A DNA stretch of 64,000 nucleotides, taken from Felis catus. Its lineage: Eukaryota. Below, one piece after another: positions 38,459 to 50,692 of this stretch. The DNA lies in NCBI RefSeq assembly GCF_018350175.1, contig NC_058377.1, positions 61,504,001-61,568,000 on the forward strand. Direction: 5' to 3'. Position 1 is the first letter of the stretch. Each line of letters starts with the position of its first letter. Position numbers and translations under genes: made by a program. The notes below the pieces were generated by a model. That model did no database searches. It saw only the letters and a list, made by a program, of their open reading frames with translations, and was not told the origin of the DNA.

Positions 38459-40303
38459 TTAATTCTTTTATCTCTCTGACTTTTAATCTTCCCTAAGAAG
38501 CTTTAAAATATTTGTTAAGTTAAAAATATTGCCATTTGTTTAGTCACAGTGAAACTATGGAAATGATTTAGGAGAATAGCTACAGTTACATAAAGAATAT
38601 ATTTCTATTTCAGGTGTATGCCGTTACAAGCCCCATCGGAGTGTTAATGATTTCTACATGTGTTTATGTACATTTATATCTACAGGTGCTGCATTTGTGA
38701 ATGGGATTTGTCATTCTAGTCTGCTTTCTATTGTATTTTTGAATATAAATAAATGGAAGGCTTATTTTTAGGGTGTGTTATTTGCTAAATGCTTATAATT
38801 TCAACAAATTGTTAGAAAAAATTATTGAATATCACATTTAGAATAAGTTTGAAGTAAATAAGAACATTGCCTTCTTCCAATTCATATGAACATTTAAATT
38901 AATGTCTGAATTCATTTCTTTGACTAATAAAGGAATACAATTAAATTATCATCCTATAGTGAAAATTCTTTATTTTTTCCATACTTTAAAGAAAATTGTG
39001 ACATAATCTATGAAAAATCTGTTTTATACACATTGTTGTTTTAAACTCTCTCTCTTTGATTAGTAGTTGAAAGGAAAAAATGTATTCCCTATTCTATTTG
39101 GATTGGTGATTCTGTTCATGTTTATAAAGTCAAGAGGCATGTTTTGAACCAGATTCCTTTAGAGTATAGCCTCATTTACATTATAAAAATAACTTCCATG
39201 TTTTCAGTCATTTTACTATTTTTTTCTTATTTTCAAGTTGTTGTGAACTTTTACCTTTTGATATACATGTAAATGCATGTTAGTTGGAAGTAGGGACAAA
39301 GGCCAATATGATATGTAAACCTGATGTCCTATTACCCTGGAAGATTGACAGTTATTTTTATTATCAGTCCACTATGTCATTAATGATTTGTTCAAATCTT
39401 GAGTTTCCAAAATAGAAGTAAGGACTTCAAAGGAATTACTAACAAACATACATTTTCCCTAGGTAGAGTTTTTCGCCAATTCTTCTATTTCTATACATTT
39501 TCTGAAAGACTGAAATTTAACAGCTATCAATTTATACATTTATGTATTTGCTATCAATCAGATGATCTCATATACATCCACATGTCTTAATACATTTTTA
39601 TGTATGTCAAAACAGGACTGCCTCTTCAGGGATCCATGCTATGGCGATTGAATCATGGGATTAATGATTCAGAATCTCCAATAATAGAAGAGGGGAGAGG
39701 ACTGTGAATTAGCAAAGTTAGAGAAGTCCTTTAAGGAGATGAAATGTTTACCACGTTTGCTCTCAGAAACTTACGCACAGAGTTCCACAAAGCAATAAAG
39801 CTCGGCTCTATCTACCAGCATATGCGTGAGTATTTTTCCTAATATGGTGAAGAGGATGAAAGTGGTGAAGGTGAGTTGTTGCTATAAAATAAAAAAAAGG
39901 TAACAGTATGTTATCTCTCTTCAAGATCCTCATGAATGACAATTGCACATGACTTGCAGTACAGACTGGGCTTTTTTACTTTCCCAAATGGCTAGTTATC
40001 TGACGTCCCCTTAATTATTAAGTAACACATATTTGCCCCATCAATAGGAAATGTCCCTATGGAAAAAATAAAAATAAAAAAGCTCATCTTGCTGATACTT
40101 ATAAAGTCCATAGAGAAAAAAGAAGATCCAGTAAAGCAGATCAGTGAAGCATATATAAAACACAATAAAGGGCATCAATTTCTGTAAGACTCTAAGATAG
40201 TCACTTTAGTAGTCATTTAGAGATCTATAAAAAAATGATAGAAGTTCTTCTGAGAAGCAGGAAACAGAGTTGTCTGCTGATGAATTAATAAGAAGAGAAG
40301 GGT

Positions 40304-40515
40304 GAGGTGCCTGAGTGGCTCAGTCGGTTAAGCATCCAACTTCGACTCAGGTCATGATCTCGCAGTTCGTGAGTTCGAGCCCTGCATCAGGTCCTGTGCT
40401 GACAGCTCAGAGCCTGGAGTTTGCTTTGGGTTCTGTGTCTCCCTGTCTCTCCCTGCCCCTCCCCTGATCACACTCTGTCTGTCAAAAATGAATAAACATT
40501 TAAAAAGTTAAATAA
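40304..40515 (+). mobile_element. Can-SINE (feliform)
   Basis: Full element; TSD approximately aagaa.agaagggtga. Confidence 0.9.
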
Positions 40516-41243
40516 GAAAAGAAGGGTGATGATGCTTTGGAGTGACTTATGATCAAACTACTAACCGGCCTGAAAATATCACTTAAGGTTAGAGACCACC
40601 TGTAATGTCTATGTGGATCAAGACAACCACACCAAGTGGTGATAAAATTGTGCCTCCACTGATGAATGTTCACTGTGTCTTTGGAGCACTTTTTTGTAGA
40701 TATTCCTTGCAAGTTAAACTTTTCTGAACAAATGTGAGTATTATTTTTTCCTGGTAAGAAATGATAATATTTGATGAATGACTCTACTATCAGAACTTAC
40801 AACATTATAGTTAAATTGGGAAACCTTGGCTTAATTACTATTCTCGACACTCAGAAATCTTTCAAGACTTGGCATATCCTGTAAGTCTAAGGTTTCATTT
40901 GCCTCAGTTTTAACTTCCTTAAATAAATAGATTCCTTCCCTCTCCCTGCCTGAAGTTTTCTACGTGTAAATGATCTGTGTCTGTCTGTTTAACCTAAAAT
41001 GGTGTATTCCCTCTTCATGGAGAACCACGTCTGAATCCTGCCCTGGATCTGTTGGGTCTTCACAGAGAGAAAGGTTGAGGAATCAGTGTCATAAGCAGGG
41101 AAAGCAGGCATAGAGAATTTGAGGTATTTTCTCTAGGAGTCAGCACTTACGTTCATTCGGTAGATAACTTTCACATAGCCTGTTATCTCATACAGGACCA
41201 ATCTGAGCAAAAGTGGTATATGTATATAATACAGAATTCTTTC

Positions 41244-41685
41244 TTTTTTAATATGAAATTTATTGTCAAATTGGTTTCCATATAACACCCAGTGCTCATC
41301 TCAACAGGTGCCCTCCTCAATGCCCATCATCTACCCACCCCTCCCTCCCACCCCCCATCAACCCTCAGTTTATTCTCATTTTTTAAGAGTCTCTTATGGT
41401 TTGGCTCCCTCCCTCTCTAACTTTTTTTTCCTTCCCCTCCCCATGGTCTTCTGTTAATTTTCTCAGGATCCACATAAGAGTGAAAACATATGGTATCTGT
41501 CTTTCTCTGTATGACTTATTTCACTTAGCATAACACTCTCCAGTTCCATCCACGTTGCTACAAAGGGCCATATTTCATTCTTTCTCATTGCCAAGTAGTA
41601 TTCCATTGTGTATATAAACCACAATTTCTTTATCCATTCATCAGTTGATGGACATTTAGGCTCCTTCCATTATTTGGCTCTTTTT
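41244..41685 (-). mobile_element. Young 5'-truncated L1 3' fragment
   Basis: L1 3'UTR sequence flanked by TSD gaattctttc (41234-41243 and 41686-41695). Confidence 0.85.
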
Positions 41686-42859
41686 GAATTCTTTCAATTA
41701 AAAAGTCACATTCACTATTGTTCACATCTGTTATCCAAGTACGTCTCCACACTTAAGAATCTACTATTTCTACTATTTCTACTACTATTTTTACTTAATA
41801 AAACATTGAGGGTAGACAAAGGAAAAAGTGATCTTACATCAGTTTTGTCTTTTCTCAAGAAACTAGAGATTATGATAAATTTTGACTTCCCACATGTATA
41901 TTAATCTTTCAGAGTATTTGTGAAAAGTAGTTACCCTTCACCTTCAGAGTGTGATTCAGTATATCTCTTCATATATCCTGTGATTCCATCTGTCTCTTCT
42001 ATCTAGCAATCCTGGTCAAGTCTTAATTCAGTTGACAAAATTCAGGTATATTTGTTTCTCTGCTCCCAGGAAAGCAGGTCGTATCTTTGTGTTTGCATGA
42101 AGAGAGAGCTAGAGGGCTGTGATGTACATCAGAGAGAAGATTGGTATAAATGGACATCATGTCCCTAGGGATATTCTGTTCACATTTCAAAGAGAATGAT
42201 CAAAACATTTATCATCTGACTGCAATCTGGAATTATCCATGGGGAGAGCATTTGTTCTATTTAACAAGCACATATTTATTTGATGTTCTGAACTGTTCAA
42301 ACACTGTTTCATGAATTTTAAAAAATATTAGGGAAACTAATATAACACTGTACATTAGTTATACTTAAAAAATAGGTAATATCACACAAACCCTAAGTAG
42401 CAGGTGCTATATGAGCCATGCTTATAGATGAATAAGTTGAGTTCAAGAGAGGTTAAGCAGCGTGGTAAAGACACACAGTAAGTGAATATTTGAACCTTTG
42501 CAAGCTGGCTCCAAGGCCAATGCTCTTAACTGCTCTGCTCTGTTTTCAGTTTCACTGCAATCAACTTTCTCTGCCTGTTGCTTCTATGGCATGAGGGTTA
42601 AAGACTTCACGTGTTCTCTCTATTCTTTAAAAGGTTATTAAAACTATCTCATGTATCAGTGCTATTTGCTTTCAACAAGATCATCTGTGAGCCTAAGATA
42701 CTCTATCATATTCCCTTTCTTCACAAACCAGCCTTTCAACTCTCATCAGCTACCACAGGGTGGACACTCTTGTTTCATCTGTTGCCCCAGAGACTTTTCA
42801 ACGTTGGTGAGCAACTGCTTTCCGTCAATAGAAAACTTTCTCAATCAGTCTCTTCCCCA

Positions 42860-43379
42860 GCCACAGCTTAATTGAGATATAACTGACTTATAACATTGTA
42901 TAAAGTTTGAGGTGTATAACATGTTGACTTGATACATTTACATGCTGCAAAATTATTACCACCATAACATCAGCTAACATCTCTGTCCTGTCACATAATT
43001 ATCATTTTTGTCTCTTGTGGTGAGACCATTTACGGTCTATTCTCTTAGCAACCTTCACCTATATGATACAGTATCATTAGCTATAATGGCCATGCTATAC
43101 ATTAGATACCCAGAAATTGTTAATTTTATAACTGGAAGTTTGTGCCCTTTGACTAATATGTCTCTATTTCTCTTACCCACCTGCCCCTGGGAACAACCAC
43201 TCTACTCTGTTTTTGACTTCAACTTCAATAGATTCCACATATAAGATGTATTGTACAATATTTGCCTTTTTCTGTCTGACTTATTTCACTTAGTATTATG
43301 TTCTCAAGTTCTATCTAAGTTGTCACAATGGCAGGATTTTCTTCTTTCTTATGGCTGAATAATATTTTATTATTAATAT

Positions 43380-43410
<31 letters not shown>

Positions 43411-45200
43411 TTATAATATTATTTATACATATATCATGTTTTTTTATTCATTCATTTGTAGACACACAGGTTATTTCCATGTTGTGGATCATGCTGTGAT
43501 GGACATGGGGGTGTATATATTGTAAATTCTCAGTTAAATTTATTCCTAAGTATTTTACTGTTTTATGCTATTGTAAATGGATTGCTTTCCTCACTTGTTT
43601 TTCAAATGTTTTGTTGTTAGTGTACAGATATACAACTGTTTTCTGTATGTTGAATTATATCCTGCAACTTTACTGAATTTTCTGATTAACTATAGCAGGG
43701 ATTTTTTTATTTTTTGTTTGTTTGTTTTTGTTTGTTTTTTGTTTCTTTGTTTTGGTGGAATCTTCAGGATTTTCTCTGTATAGGATCATATCTGCAAACA
43801 GAGATAGTTCTATTTCTTCTTTCTTATTTGGATGCCCTTTTTTTCTTGCCTGACTGCTCTGTCTAGGATCCTCAGTTTTGTAGAATAAAAGTGGGGAGCA
43901 TTGACACACTTGTCTTATTCCTGATCTTTGATGAAAAACTCAACCTTTCACCATTGAATATGAAGTTGACCATGGGTTTGTTTTATATGGCCCTTATTAT
44001 GTTGAGGTATGTTTGTTCAATACTCAATTTCTTGAGAGTTTATACCATGCAAGGATAATGTACCTTGTTAAATTCTTTTTCCTGTATCTATTGAGATGAT
44101 CACATCACTTTTTATTTTATTCCATTAATGTGGCATATCACATTTATTGATTGGCATAGGTTGACTCATCCTTACATCCCAGAGATAAATCCCACTTAAT
44201 CATGATTTATGATCATTTTAATATACTATTGTGTTATGTGTTTTGTGTGTGCAGAGTGCTAATATATCACCTAGAATTTTTGCATCTGCATTCATCAAGA
44301 TTATTNNNNNNNNNNNNNNNNNNNNNNNNNNNNNNNNNNNNNNNNNNNNNNNNNNNNNNNNNNNNNNNNNNNNNNNNNNNNNNNNNNNNNNNNNNNNNNN
44401 NNNNNNNNNNNNNNNNNNNNNNNNNNNNNNNNNNNNNNNNNNNTACTTTAAATATTTATTGGGATTCCCCAGTGCAACCATCTGATCCTGGACTTTTCTG
44501 CGTGGAATGGTTTGGATTACTGATTACATTTCCTTACTCATTGTTAGTCTGTTCAAATTGTCTGTTTCTTAATGATTCAGTCTTTGTAAGTTNNNNNNNN
44601 NNNNNNNNNNNNNNNNNNNNNNNNNNNNNNNNNNNNNNNNNNNNNNNNNNNNNNNNNNNNNNNNNNNNNNNNNNNNNNNNNNNNNNNNNNNNNNNNNNNN
44701 NNNNNNNNNNNNNNNNNNNNNNNNNNNNNNNNNNNATTCTTTTTATCTTTTCTAAAAAAACAACTCTTAGTTTTATTGATTATTTCCACATTTTTAAATC
44801 TCCATTTTATTTATTTCTAGTATGGCCATTGTTCTTTCTTTCTCTTTGCCATCTTTGGGCTTAGTTTGTTCTGTTTCTAATCCCTTGAGATGAAAAGTGA
44901 GGCTTTTTTTAAATGTTTTTTTAATTTATTTTTGAATAAGAGACAGAGAGAGACAGAGTGTGAGCTGGGGAGGGGCAGAGAGAGAGGGGGAGACACAGAT
45001 CTGAAGCGGGCTCCAGGCTCTGAGCTGTCAGAATGGAGCCAGACACAGGGCTTGAACTCATAAGCTGTAAAATCATGGCCTGAACCAAAGTTAGATGCTT
45101 AACTTACTGAGCCCCCCAGAAAAGTGAGGGTTTTTATTTGAAATATTTCTTCTTTCTTAATGTTGGCATTTATGGCTATAGACTTCCCTCTTAAAACTGC
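42860..45200 (-). mobile_element. Older L1 (3'UTR plus ORF2 RT-region fragments, internally deleted, SINE-interrupted)
   Basis: Translated fragments EEIELSLFADMILY.ENPEDST, LMNADAKIL and EIINKTKSCFF; 3'UTR-like sequence at 42870-43520. Confidence 0.8.
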
Positions 45201-45680
45201 TTTTGAATCATTGCATATGGGTTTTTTATGTTTATTTATTTATTTTGACAAAGAAAGAGAGAGAGCAAGAGAGCATCAGCACAAGTGGAGGAGCAGAGAG
45301 AGAGGGAGAAAGAGAATCCCAAGCAGGTCCAGCACTGTCAGCGCAGAGCCAGAGCAGGGCTCCATTCCATGAACCACGAGATCATGACCTGAGCTGAAAT
45401 CAAAAGTTGGTGGCTCAACCAAATGAGCCACACAGATGTCCTTTATTGTCCCATTTAATTTCATTTTCAATTTTTAAATGTTTATTTACTTTTGAAAGAG
45501 AGAGAGAAAGACCAGAAGTAGATAGGGACAGAGAGAGAGAAGGAGACACAGAATCTGAAATAGGGTCCAGGCTGTGAACTGTCAGCACAGAGCCCAACAC
45601 AGGGCTTGATCCCAAGAGCCATGAGATCATGACCTGAGCCAAAGTCAGATGCTTAACCGACTGAGCCACCCAGGCATCCC
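44905..45680 (-). mobile_element. Cluster of three same-orientation Can-SINEs (44905-45118, 45222-45441, 45470-45680)
   Basis: Three reverse heads and tails; the first has TSD gaaaagtgagg. Confidence 0.85.
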
Positions 45681-46349
45681 AATTGTCCCCATTTTAGATG
45701 AGAAAATTGACATAAGGTTAAGTATGTTGCCCAAGGACACAGTACTCACAGGAGTTGGAGAAGGGTTTTCAACCCAGAAAGTCTGGCTTTGTAAGCACAT
45801 TATTTATCTCTGTGGTCTACTGCCTATGAAAAGATATAATCCTTAAGTAATTCTAGAAATTAAATTAATAACAGAAGTACTCTAATTCTGAGAGTTAAAT
45901 AGTGCTAAGGTTCCTAGTACACAGTAAATGCAAAAAAAAAAAAATGCTCGGTAACATTACTGTTACGAAAATAGAGACTCTAATTCAAGCAGTTTAAAAG
46001 GATTATCAACCGTATACAAATCTGTTATGATTTACAAAACAACGTTTTACTTGCCAGCACACAAACTCTTTGAATACTGATGGCATGAGTTCAAATAAAA
46101 AGAGAAAAGTTATACTGAAATGAAGGAAAATAAAATGAAATTTTATGTCAATAAGAATAACCTGTCTTATATAGGATGCATCTGCCGTCCTTCAAAAAAA
46201 CATGTAAAGACCAGTGAGGGAGGAAGCAAACTACTACACGTTTCTGGAACTGTCTGTCCAGTACTCATTTCCCTGAATGAAGGAATTATTTTTATAAACT
46301 TGCACTTGTAAGAATATTCAAAATTTAGTGGAGTGGAACATCTGCTCTA

Positions 46350-47049
46350 CAGATACTTCCCATGGGTTTTCTCTCACTCTCCCAAAGAAGTACAGCCCCT
46401 ATATGTTGCATCATTCACTCTCAGAACCTCCCAGGGTTTGGGGATTTACTCCAGTGACTCCTAGACCTACATAAATCTTGCTTCTTCTGGAATATCCATG
46501 CCACCGTGACAAAGAGAAAAGAACCAGATCCATTTTCAAGATTGGCAAGACCATCTCTGCTGTGAGCGACAGTTATTCTTTATTAAGTCCATGAAATGTA
46601 CAAGCACAAGTGGACAACATGACTGAGAGATGACTTCTATCAATGACTGAGTGTCTTATGTAATAAGCAGAGGTGAATCTTAACACCCTACGGCAGTGAG
46701 TTGCAATTCATTTCACGAAGTTTTAAAAAGGCAAACACTTTTTCCTTTTCTATTTGGTATACTTAATGTGTTTTCCTTTTCTATTTGGTATACTTAAACT
46801 TCATTATAATACCTTCACAAGCCGGGTATTTTCTCTTGTTATTTGTAGTGCGTGAAGCACTGAGGTAGAAAGTGACAGTGAGATTATGGATATGGACACA
46901 ATTCCTCTGATGGGGTCAGTGAACGAATAAGAAGGTTTCATATGGAGGCATAGTCTCTGTTTCAGAGCAAATGAAGCTTCTTATAAAATACAAGCATTGG
47001 TATTATGTGTAATGAGTTCTTGTGCTAAGTGCAATCATTCCTTTTACAG
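46350..47049 (+). promoter_or_regulatory. Putative OR51V1 promoter, exon 1 and intron
   Basis: TCCCATGGG (46358-46366), TCCCAGGGT (46429-46437), donor GTGAGT at 46696 and acceptor ttccttttacag at 47049. Confidence 0.4.
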
Positions 47050-47151
47050 CTGTTACTTCAAACTTTATATTAAGGCAGTGAAAAACACACATGATTCTTA
47101 ATAAGCTGTTTAGTATATTTTTTTTTGAGAGGTATCCATCTTTAGAGATCC

Positions 47152-48093
47152 ATGTCTGTTCAACCTGATTCCAAAATCAGTAACTCCACCTTTCTCCTTA
47201 CGGGTTTCCCTGGCCTGGAACGGGAATATCCTTGGCTCTCCATTCCTTTCTCCTGTATCTATGCTATGGTACTCTTAGGGAATTGCCTGGTGTTGCATGT
47301 GATCCGGACCGAGCCCAGCCTACATGAGCCCATGTTCTACTTCCTGGCCATGTTGGCCCTCACTGACCTGTGCATGGGGCTGTCCACAGTGCACACGGTG
47401 CTCGGGATCCTGTGGGGCTTGAGCAGGGAAGTCAGCCTGGATGCCTGCATTGCCCAAACTTACTTCATCCATGGTCTGTCCCTCACAGAGTCTGGAGTCC
47501 TTCTTGCCATGGCCTTTGATCGCTTTACTGCCATCTGCAATCCTCTGAGATATACATCCATCCTCACCAATATGAGAATCATCACCATTGGTGTGGCCAT
47601 TTTAGGGAGGAGTTTCCTGTTCATTACCGCTCCCATTGTCCGCCTAAAGTTCTTCGATTACTGCCATCCTCATATCCTCTCCCATTCCTTCTGCCTGCAC
47701 CAAGACTTACTTCGGCTCGCCTGCTCCGACATCCGCTTCAACAGCTTCTATGCGTTAGCCCTGGTGATCTGCACACTCTTTTTGGATTCGGTGCTCATTC
47801 TCATCTCCTACATCGCGATCCTGCATTCAGTCTTGACTATTGCATCCCGGGACGAGCGGCTCAAGTCCTTGAAGACCTGTGTCTCCCACATCTGTGCTGT
47901 TCTGGTTTTCTATATCCCAATTATTGGTTTGACTATGGTGCACCGCTTTGGAAAGCACCTCTCTCCTGTGGTCCATGTCCTCATGGGCAATATCTATATC
48001 CTTTTCCCACCCTTGATGAACCCTATCATCTACAGTGTCAAAACCCAACAAATACGTAGCAGGATCCAGAGATGGTTCGCTAAACAAAACTGA
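47152..48093 (+). CDS. OR51V1: Class I olfactory receptor, OR51V1-like, 313 aa
   Basis: Intact ORF with YPWLSIPFS, LHEPMFYFL, MAFDRFTAICNPLRY, SHSFCLHQDLLRLACSDIRFNS and PPLMNPIIYSVKTQQIR; matches human OR51V1 as recalled. Confidence 0.92.
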   Translation: MSVQPDSKISNSTFLLTGFPGLEREYPWLSIPFSCIYAMVLLGNCLVLHVIRTEPSLHEPMFYFLAMLALTDLCMGLSTVHTVLGILWGLSREVSLDACIAQTYFIHGLSLTESGVLLAMAFDRFTAICNPLRYTSILTNMRIITIGVAILGRSFLFITAPIVRLKFFDYCHPHILSHSFCLHQDLLRLACSDIRFNSFYALALVICTLFLDSVLILISYIAILHSVLTIASRDERLKSLKTCVSHICAVLVFYIPIIGLTMVHRFGKHLSPVVHVLMGNIYILFPPLMNPIIYSVKTQQIRSRIQRWFAKQN

Positions 48094-48508
48094 GTACTAG
48101 AAGTTAGTGTGTTCTAAGGAAGGGAAGGTCGTACTTGCAAGAGGAACGACTGATAAGGATTTGTAGCAGAAATAATAAATGTATATGTAATGTTTAACAG
48201 ATTAAAGGCATATTTATAGTCATTTCTTAATTTAGTTTTCCAGAGCCGGAGAAATAAGCAGAGAAAGTGTTACTGATCTCATTTCCTAATTTTAAAATTA
48301 AGTATAAGGTTAACTACACCGACTTGTGTTCCCCAGTGTATCAGTGAGCACTTGCCTGGGTAGTTACTAAGCTTACGGTACCATCCATGCTTTTTGAATT
48401 CTAGTTCAGCATGTGATTTTATTTTTCATAGAACTGGTATATCGGTACGTTTACTTGTATAGGACAAGTAGCCTTTACATATTATTCCCATGTGTCACAA
48501 GTTGAGTT

Positions 48509-49057
48509 TGTTGAGAAGGAAAATTTTACTCTACCCTTCAAGGTTCTTCTAAATTAGTCTAATTTAGAATCTGTCTACATTGGCATGAGACAGATTAACA
48601 GGAGAAAAAAACAAAATTTAATTAATGCACACAGAGGTCCATAGTAAAATTAAGACCAAAGGAAATGACCAAGACATGAAGTTTTTATACATTTTAGACA
48701 AAGAAACATCCATCTGTGAGGAATTGACGGGACAAAGAAAACTTATGCTCAGGAGCTTCCATTAGTAAAGAATTCTAAATGTGGACTAGAATTTGGGCTG
48801 GGGTAATAAATCTGTAAAAATATCAAGATTTATTTACATAGGCTACTTTGGCCCTGAATTCCCTATCTCTGATGATAAGGATGTCTCCTTACCTCTTGGT
48901 GCAGAGAAGGTACCTTTCACATGGGAGATGTGCTTCCTGCTTTCTGGAGACAAAGAGTCAGTAGTCTTGCACTGGCTGTTTCTTAAATAAGTTTAATTCA
49001 GCATAATCTTTATGGTATTGTGGCATACTTTGGGGCAGCTCTCCCTAGGTCCCTACA
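48509..49057 (-). mobile_element. Solo ERV1-class LTR (MER34/MER39-like)
   Basis: TG...CA termini, imperfect TSD agtt/aggt, and the motif 'agacagattaacaggagaaaaa'; subfamily assignment from memory. Confidence 0.65.
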
Positions 49058-49430
49058 AGGTCATTCACACCTCTTCTACATATGTTTAAGCAAAAGTGCC
49101 TAGAAAGCCTGTTCCGTCTCACCTAATAGAATGCAGGATTGGTAGAATAGATTACACAGTTTAATGTAAAAGATTTGGTGAACAGTGACTGAATCAGCTA
49201 TCATATCTCTACATAGCCTATGATGTACCCCCAATTCTATATAGTTTACAATACTCATGAGAATTGCCAATTGACTTTAATCTTGGTGTCAGTGTACATT
49301 AAATTTTAAAGACAGATCAACCTCTTTATCTTTAAGGTAGGATGCGAAGGCACATATATATTAAGTAAAACATCAGTACCTAAACTGGGGATAGAATTAT
49401 GGTTTTGAGAATCTTTTGAATGTATATCTC

Positions 49431-49552
49431 ATTTTTTTAATAATGTTTGTATTTATTTTTGAGACAGAGCGAGACAGAGTATTGAGTGTGGGAAGGGTAG
49501 AGGAGAGGGAGACACAGAATCTGAAGCAGGCTCCAGGCTCCAAGCTGTCAGC
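49431..49552 (-). mobile_element. 3' half of a Can-SINE
   Basis: Starts mid-body at gctgacagcttggagcctggagcc; the tRNA head is missing. Confidence 0.85.
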
Positions 49553-50084
49553 TTGGACATAATGTCTTTGGGCTTCCAGAAGCAAATGAAAGAACCTTCT
49601 CAGTCAGTGGTACTCTTCTCCTCTACTCTTGTTTTTATAAAGTTATCATAGTGGGTCTCTGATTTTGTCAGAACTCTAAGATCATATCATCCTTCTTATT
49701 TATATTATGGAAGGAAAATGATCCACAGATACACATTATTGTTTTCAGAAAGGACATCCAGGAGTAGTGTAGCAATATAAGAAGTTATGTAGAAGGCAAG
49801 TCATTTGCATTACAAACAGCCAGATCACGTGGGTAACAGAGTAACTGCTGATCTCTCTGTTATGTCCCTCTGCACCTGGAGATACAATAAATATACATGT
49901 TAAACTTGCTTGGAAATGGCATTTCAAGCAGAGTTTGATGAATTTCCATATTCCACATTCCAACTACCTGATAATATTCTGTTATTTTCCATTGTGTCTA
50001 GGTCTGGAACTGACACTTTGGATCAACAAATCTGACTCTGACAAGTACATTAGTAGATAAATCTCCATAAATTTTGTATTTTTA

Positions 50085-50260
50085 AGGTGTTTTTCTTTAA
50101 GAGAGGGAGACAGAGATCACAGGAGGGACAAAGAGAAGGGAGAAAGAGAATCCGCACCATCAGCATACAACCTGACATGAGGCTTGAACTCACCAACCCC
50201 AAGATCTTGACCTGACCTGAAATCAAGAATGGCATGCTCAACTGAGTCACCCAGGAGCCT
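50085..50260 (-). mobile_element. Can-SINE
   Basis: Reverse head ctgagtcacccaggagcctc. Confidence 0.8.
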
Positions 50261-50439
50261 CTTTTTCTGTTTATTTCTCATTTTATTTATTTACTTTTTT
50301 TAGTAAAAAAAACTCCCTATGAAAGAGAACAGAGAAACTGGTGACACCCAGGAGCACAATATATTCATCTATCTATATCACTTGTATCTACATAAGACTG
50401 GATGTCTCTCTTTTCTTTTTTTTTTTCCAATAACAATTT

Positions 50440-50692
50440 TACTTTTTTAATTTAAAATCTATGCTTGTTAACATGTAGTGTAATAAGGGTTTCAGGAGTA
50501 GAATTTAGTGATTCTTCGCTTAAAAATAGTACCCAGTACTCATCCCAACAAGTGCCCTCCTTAATGCCCATCACCCATTTAACCCATCCCCCACCCACCA
50601 CCCTTCCAGTAAACCTCAGAGTGTTCTTTACACCCAGGAGGCTCTTATGGTTTGTCCTCTTCCGTTTTTATCTTATTTTTTCTTCCCTTCCC
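50440..50692 (-). mobile_element. Carnivore L1 3'UTR fragment
   Basis: 'acccagtactcatcccaacaagtgccctccttaatgcccatcaccc', the same motif as in the younger L1 tails. Confidence 0.65.

Noticed and set aside
40716-40724. AAACTTTTC, the motif recalled from the class I OR J-element enhancer
   Set aside because: A 9-mer expected by chance in AT-rich DNA; it also occurs inside the L1 (~35130) and there is no supporting motif cluster.
46740-46797. 27 bp direct duplication ttttccttttctatttggtatacttaa
   Set aside because: Ordinary microduplication in a putative intron; two units only, not a CRISPR-like array.
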